From Schizochytrium sp. TIO01 (taxonomy: Eukaryota; Protista; Bigyra: Labyrinthulomycetes), in contig SMSO01000031.1 in assembly GCA_004764695.1 (NCBI GenBank), positions 348,436-412,435 of the forward strand: a stretch of DNA of 64,000 bases, in the 5' to 3' direction. Each line of letters begins with the position of its first letter. Within the stretch, counting starts at the first letter, position 1. This document shows, piece after piece, positions 58,519-64,000 of the stretch. The notes under the pieces were generated by a model that was not told the origin of the DNA, did not search any database, and saw only the letters and a program-made list of their open reading frames with translations. A program made the position numbers and the translations under genes.

Positions 58519-60918
58519 ATGTTCGTTTGCAAGTGGGACCATAGCATTGGTACAAACATCAATCAGAATCACCAGAACCTTCGACATGCAGTGGCTGTGA
58601 ACAGCAAAGGCCATGTTTTCGTCACACAGCCAGAGCAGCTATGTGTTCAAGTATACTCAGAGACAGGCAAGCTATTAACGACGCTCTCTGATAAACACAT
58701 GTGTTTGCCTGAGGCTGTCGCTGTAACTCATGCTCTCGAAGGGTCTCATCTTGATTTAGTTTTCGTCCTTGACTCTGGCGACTGCTCAATCCTGAAATTC
58801 CACATTTTAGCAAACCACAACGCGGAACTCCTGTGCAGAATTCGGTGCAATGTTTTTCAGATGCCAAGTGGTTTAGCGTGCTACAGAAACCGTATCTATG
58901 TCACTGACGCTGAAGCAAACCAATTACATATCCTCACCGATGACGGTGCCATTATCAAAAGCATTGGGTCATCTGGAGCGCAGCGTGGTCAATTCTCGAT
59001 GCCGAGCGCCGTAGCCATAAGTGCAAAACGTGGCGAGGTATTTGTTTGTGATACAGGTAATGATCGTATTCAAGTATTTGATTATAATGGAGAATATATA
59101 CGCAGCTTTGGAAGCTCAGGAAGCTCAAACGGCAATTTCCAGCACCCAACGGGGGTGACTGTATCTGATACACTTGACGTCGTTGCAGTTGCAGATCAGG
59201 GCAACCATCGAATCCAAGCCTTTGACCTGATCATGCTCGGTAGGTTGGTTTGGCTTATACAAGACGACATTTTCAATCCTGCATCAGTCGCTTTTGATGC
59301 GGAGGATGATATTCTTGTTTCAGATGAGACTGGTGCTCAGTGGTTTGCACCACCAAGTGCTGGAGAAAAGGCCAGCGAGTCATGCAGCTCTCCATCCTCT
59401 TCATCATCCATTTCCGAATCTTTTGATACCGAGAATGAGGAGCTTGACTCTCAAGCTTTGAGACCATATCAAACGAGATCTCCACATCATACAGGGTCTC
59501 ATCGTCTCTCTCTTCGAAGTCCTTCCAAGTCTGACCTATTTACACAATCACATCATAACCGAATATATAGCGATTCTAGTGCAGAGGAATCTAGTGATGG
59601 TAGCGAAGATGACGATGCAGATCAATTTGAGGATGATGGAGATAATGCTATAGAAAATGAGCGAGAGGGTGAAGGCAGCCAAGATGATGAGCAAAGCTAT
59701 GACGAACAAAGCTATGATGAGCAATTTGATGAGGACGAAGAGAGTGATATTTCTGCAAATGACAACCAAGAAAACTACAACATTCAAGTCTTAGCACCTA
59801 TGGTAAACCAATTGCTCCAACAAAAACAGAAGGGTCAGATCCAAAAGAAAAGCGCATGGCAAGGAAGTGATGATGCAACTGCACGAGGTTCTTTGGGACG
59901 CGCTGGTCACAGAGTTCATCAGGAGTACGTTAGGGATTCATTGGCCCTTAAAGAAGAAATCATTCAGTTACGCCGAGAAGTCACAAACTTGGAAAACCAC
60001 CGTGCAATTATACGCGAGGAGAAAGCAGCAATGGATAGGGAGCTACTTACTACACTCGACACCAATGATACAAATCGAAGCTTTGCCGCTGTACAACTAC
60101 AAGCTGCGCAACCTCGAAACCGGGCTTTAGATAGTCGGGAAGCAATTGAAGCTTGCCATGATTTGCTGTTACTTGAAGAACGTCTTTTGGAACTCAATAT
60201 TATGCAAAAAGACTTAAAACGAAGCCTCCCTACTATGCGTAAACAGGTTACAGTAGAAGAAGAAAGGTCCTTGCAGCTTTCAAGTGAGCGTACACGCGTC
60301 GAACGTGTCTTAGACGAGACTCTGTCAGGCTTGGCAACTCCAGAAAGTCAAGAACAAAGATCAGAACTGCTAAAAGCTCAAATCAAACGATGCGAGCAAG
60401 ATTTGGCGCACCTTGTGCAAGCTCATCAAAATCGTCTCAACCAACTTCAAAAAGACAAAGATGAACTATCAATCATGCTGCGCCAAAAGGCAGAAGACCT
60501 CTATTCTTTACGACAACGTATACAGAAGGAAAAACTCCGAAGATCAATGGAAGCAACAAACTCATCTCATCAAGCAATTCAAAATGAACTCAATGAACTC
60601 AAGACTCAGTTTGACTATTTAGGGGGGCAAGATCAACTTGTCCGTGTTGCGTTTGACTCAATTGTACCCAAGCGTCAGCATACATTAGATTGTGAGCAAA
60701 TTCTTCATGCTCTGCGTTATTGCGCACAATATGCACCCCATGAAACTGGAGCTATCAAAGACTTGAATTTACACGACGTGGAGCAATATGTAAGTCTTGT
60801 AACTCAAGCTGATGCTGTGAATGAACCTCTGAGATTAGATATTACTGGCTTACGTGATGCTTTTCGAGATCTCTGCAGAAACAAATCAGTTCACTCAGAT
60901 CAAACTTCCAAGAAGTAG
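58519..60918 (+). CDS. NHL-repeat beta-propeller plus acidic linker plus coiled-coil protein
   Basis: FQMPSGLA, FSMPSAVA...VCDTGNDRIQVFD, FQHPTGVT...VADQGNHRIQAFD, then a heptad-rich C-terminal half. Confidence 0.88.
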   Translation: MFVCKWDHSIGTNINQNHQNLRHAVAVNSKGHVFVTQPEQLCVQVYSETGKLLTTLSDKHMCLPEAVAVTHALEGSHLDLVFVLDSGDCSILKFHILANHNAELLCRIRCNVFQMPSGLACYRNRIYVTDAEANQLHILTDDGAIIKSIGSSGAQRGQFSMPSAVAISAKRGEVFVCDTGNDRIQVFDYNGEYIRSFGSSGSSNGNFQHPTGVTVSDTLDVVAVADQGNHRIQAFDLIMLGRLVWLIQDDIFNPASVAFDAEDDILVSDETGAQWFAPPSAGEKASESCSSPSSSSSISESFDTENEELDSQALRPYQTRSPHHTGSHRLSLRSPSKSDLFTQSHHNRIYSDSSAEESSDGSEDDDADQFEDDGDNAIENEREGEGSQDDEQSYDEQSYDEQFDEDEESDISANDNQENYNIQVLAPMVNQLLQQKQKGQIQKKSAWQGSDDATARGSLGRAGHRVHQEYVRDSLALKEEIIQLRREVTNLENHRAIIREEKAAMDRELLTTLDTNDTNRSFAAVQLQAAQPRNRALDSREAIEACHDLLLLEERLLELNIMQKDLKRSLPTMRKQVTVEEERSLQLSSERTRVERVLDETLSGLATPESQEQRSELLKAQIKRCEQDLAHLVQAHQNRLNQLQKDKDELSIMLRQKAEDLYSLRQRIQKEKLRRSMEATNSSHQAIQNELNELKTQFDYLGGQDQLVRVAFDSIVPKRQHTLDCEQILHALRYCAQYAPHETGAIKDLNLHDVEQYVSLVTQADAVNEPLRLDITGLRDAFRDLCRNKSVHSDQTSKK

Positions 60919-61044
60919 CTTTGCATTTACTCTTGTCACTCCAATGCTTAAAAGAAAATGTAGCGAATGGTATTTCATCTATGGGAAACCGTGGTTCCTA
61001 ACCAAGTATTCTACCGTGAGGTTATTGCATTAGGTAGCCATTGG

Positions 61045-61114
61045 ACACATTGCAATCAAAGCAATTTTTATAGGAACACATTGCAATCAAAGCAATTTTT
61101 ATAAGAACACATTG
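61045..61114. repeat. 31-bp tandem duplication (~2.3 copies)
   Basis: acacattgcaatcaaagcaatttttata starts at 61045 and 61076, with a partial copy at 61107. Confidence 0.9.
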
Positions 61115-61514
61115 ATTTTGTGTGTCATTTAGTATTCACAAGGTTATCCCTGTAGAAATGCCCAACCTATTTGTGTAAGTGGTGTAAGTGGGTTATATTG
61201 GAATCATATTAATAACACTCTCGATGTGGTGCAGGTAACTACATCACGAATACTAGTGTACAGGCATCTCTTTTTGAAATTCTAAAAAACAACCAAAAAC
61301 ATACTACCGTAATAGTTGTTCTCTTTTCTCTTTTCTCGTTTTTACTGTTTTTAACATTACATATAATGTAGGGCCTATATATACTTCTATCGCTCAGTCT
61401 CATGTTACAAAATACCTCAAGTCTCCGTGATAAACTGTATTAACTACAGTGATTCTATAAGGTTCCCGAAACAAAACTGAGGTAAACAGAGGTGACTCGG
61501 CGTTGGAGAAACTT

Positions 61515-64000
61515 CTAGTCTGAAACTTGCAAAAGATTTACAGCATTTTGCATATGTTCTGCCCAGCGCCCCTGCCACCATTGTACTTGCTTTTCATACA
61601 AGTCTAACTTGCGCTCTAAATCTCGCTCCTCTTCGTCCTTAGACTCGTCCTCGTCTTCGTCGCTGTCATTGATATCATTACCATTGTCGAAATCATCAAA
61701 GTTGGCATCGCTAGCAGAGACAGGACTTTTGTTCGCCTTTTGAATTGAGAGAGGTTGAATTCCATTTGCTGATGAATTTGATTTTCGCCTGTCATTCTTT
61801 GAGGGTTTTCTACGTATTCCTAGTTTCAATTCTAGTCGAGAAATCTCTTTTAAAAGTTTGTTTCGTTCATCTTCAATCTGAGCCACCTTAGCACGTTGAG
61901 CAAGAGCCATAGAATCTGTTGCTTTACGCATTAACTCCTTGTACTCATTTTGAAGGTCTCGGTTCTCAATTCGCAAGCGATTCGCCTCAGCAAGAGCCAG
62001 AGGTCCTGGATCTTCTACTTGGAATGATTCTTGTTTGGCAATTAGTTCTTGTCGAAGAACTGCAACCGCTTTTAGAGCTTTAGCATGATATCGCCGCGCT
62101 TTGCGAAGCTTATTTAAAAGTAAGTTGCTAGTATTTGCTCCGAAGGTAGGAGCTTCAGTTTGACCTAGCTCCTGCTGCAACTCAATTTGAAGGCGATGAA
62201 CTATTTGCCAATCCGCTGCCCCACCTGGTCCTATCAATGGGTTACAATCTAAATCCTGATTTGATGAACGGCGACCTGAAGTAGACATGCCTAGGCCTTG
62301 TAATCTGATGTCTAACTCATCTCGCTCTTTCTCTAACGAAGCTACGTCTTGCTCTGCACGAGACATTTCTTGAAATGCTGAGAGGTTCTCGGTGTATACT
62401 GACTCTGCAGTGAGAGTGTGAGTTAAGTTTCTTTGTGTAGCTACCTTTCGTTCTTTCTCTAAGGCAAAGTATTGAGTTTCGAGCCTTGCAACACGCAGTG
62501 CCAATTTCAGCTTCTCTTCTTTGATATGCGTTAAATCTTTCAAGATTGCCTTTGCATCAGTATCAAATTCGTCCAACGCGCGTTCATGCGTTTTGGCCGT
62601 GTCTGTAAGTGCATTTTCTTCCATTTTTGCCTCGCGCAAATCCTTGCGAGCATCATCATCTTGTTCTCGAAGAAACTGTACTGCTTCACGAGCGCTCCTT
62701 AATTCTTCAAGCCGAATAGCTAAACCAGTTGATGCGGACGGGTTAGCGACTGGTGATGCACGTCTCTCCTGGGTTTTTATGAGATCCTTCTGCGGGGCTC
62801 TTGCTTGCCCACTATCCAAAGCACCAGCATCTTTTTGGTCAGAAAAAGCGTTTCTGAGCATATTAAGTAGTACCTGATTCTCGACCGTATGCGGTTCCAC
62901 TCCAGCAGACACATCGACCTCTTGAGGTACCTGATACCTCGCCTCGATAATCGAATTAGTTTTCGGCGAGTCAGTTGAGAGGGAGTTAAATAGCTCAAGT
63001 TCTGCTGTAAACACACGCTTTCGTCCTAAACATAGATACGCAACAGTTGCAGCCTCCTGTATATCTCTCATCTCACGAGCCATATTGGCAAGTATACTCT
63101 GGTGTATCTGTATGCTTTGTAGATTGTCAGATGAAATATCAGACGGCTCGAGACCATCGAGCTGGCGTAGACAGTCTTGAATGTTTTGCATTGACCTTTG
63201 AAGCGATGGCAGCTTTTTATTGTCTAGCTCCAGGACTTGGTTGTAAAGTGTCGTGAGCTCGCCTGTCCGTAAAAGACCTGCAAAATGATCGTGTGGCATT
63301 TCATGAAGTATTTGTAAGATAGGTTGCGCCACACTAATTGCAGACTGTAAAAAGAGTTCGCCCATGTGTAATAGGCTCAAATTACTTTGTGCTTGTAATA
63401 AACACTCCTGAACAGAAAACCGATGGGCAGTATCCCCTTCACTTGAAGGACTTTGCATTTCATTGAAAGTGAGCTCTGAAACCTGTAAGTTTTGAATGGC
63501 TTGTTCTTTTGCTTCTTTACTTTCTCTTGTAGCCTTTATTACCATCATCAGTTGTCGACGGTCATCCTGGAGTTGAGTAAGGTTTTCCTTAAGAGAAATT
63601 TCATGCCCTGCTATTTCATTAGCTTCTTCAGCTAATGTACCTGGATCTGTTGCATCTGTGGGAGGAGTATTTGTGTCATTATTGACCTGCAAAAGAGACA
63701 TATCATTCTGTCTAGAGAAGGACGTGATTTTCTCTTCTAAAACTTGTAACTGTGTTTCAAGAGCGCTCAACTCGGACTTAATTCTGTCAAGCTCAAGATG
63801 ATTCTGTAAGGGGGCTTCGTGCGCTTGTAAAAGTGCTTGCCATGCTGACCGGGCTTGCTGCGCCGAATGCAAGGCAAGCTTCAAAGCCTCTAATTGAGAA
63901 TGTTGGTGCTCCTCATCAGGTTGATATTGCACAAAGTTGATATGGATACCATGCAGAAAGGGTTTTATTTGATCTGATATAGGTTGAATGCGCCTCTGAA
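61515..64000 (-). CDS. Large coiled-coil protein, 5'-truncated by the window edge
   Basis: The frame of ORF 61515..63932 stays open to the window end (QRRIQPISDQIKPFLHGIHINFVQYQ...). E/L/Q/A-rich heptads. Confidence 0.82.
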   Translation of the reverse strand, partial: QRRIQPISDQIKPFLHGIHINFVQYQPDEEHQHSQLEALKLALHSAQQARSAWQALLQAHEAPLQNHLELDRIKSELSALETQLQVLEEKITSFSRQNDMSLLQVNNDTNTPPTDATDPGTLAEEANEIAGHEISLKENLTQLQDDRRQLMMVIKATRESKEAKEQAIQNLQVSELTFNEMQSPSSEGDTAHRFSVQECLLQAQSNLSLLHMGELFLQSAISVAQPILQILHEMPHDHFAGLLRTGELTTLYNQVLELDNKKLPSLQRSMQNIQDCLRQLDGLEPSDISSDNLQSIQIHQSILANMAREMRDIQEAATVAYLCLGRKRVFTAELELFNSLSTDSPKTNSIIEARYQVPQEVDVSAGVEPHTVENQVLLNMLRNAFSDQKDAGALDSGQARAPQKDLIKTQERRASPVANPSASTGLAIRLEELRSAREAVQFLREQDDDARKDLREAKMEENALTDTAKTHERALDEFDTDAKAILKDLTHIKEEKLKLALRVARLETQYFALEKERKVATQRNLTHTLTAESVYTENLSAFQEMSRAEQDVASLEKERDELDIRLQGLGMSTSGRRSSNQDLDCNPLIGPGGAADWQIVHRLQIELQQELGQTEAPTFGANTSNLLLNKLRKARRYHAKALKAVAVLRQELIAKQESFQVEDPGPLALAEANRLRIENRDLQNEYKELMRKATDSMALAQRAKVAQIEDERNKLLKEISRLELKLGIRRKPSKNDRRKSNSSANGIQPLSIQKANKSPVSASDANFDDFDNGNDINDSDEDEDESKDEEERDLERKLDLYEKQVQWWQGRWAEHMQNAVNLLQVSD

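Overview
Intron-poor, gene-dense eukaryotic nuclear DNA. The style suggests a protist such as a labyrinthulomycete/thraustochytrid, but this is inference only. From ~9 kb onward it is mostly ordinary genes: an ankyrin plus C-terminal F-box protein, a polyQ protein, an IQ/EF-hand protein, a TPR protein, condensin CAP-H, the mitochondrial Rieske protein, MYCBP, RPB2, TBC1D19, Rab11, a DIS3-like RNB exonuclease, a bestrophin-family channel, an NHL/coiled-coil protein and a coiled-coil gene running off the right edge. Six single-base frameshifts in short homopolymers, including one in RPB2, most likely reflect consensus errors. The first ~8 kb is an accessory-looking block ending at a tRNA-Gln. 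It holds a ~1 kb imperfect inverted repeat whose mismatches are biased to G-U pairs on the + strand (candidate long hairpin/endo-siRNA locus), a ~350 nt highly foldable segment that matches no RNA family I recognise, a decayed P-loop NTPase gene, and a membrane-protein ORF with one in-frame TGA. The most notable protein oddity is a ~190 aa insertion of LD/DLL-like motifs inside the DIS3-like nuclease.
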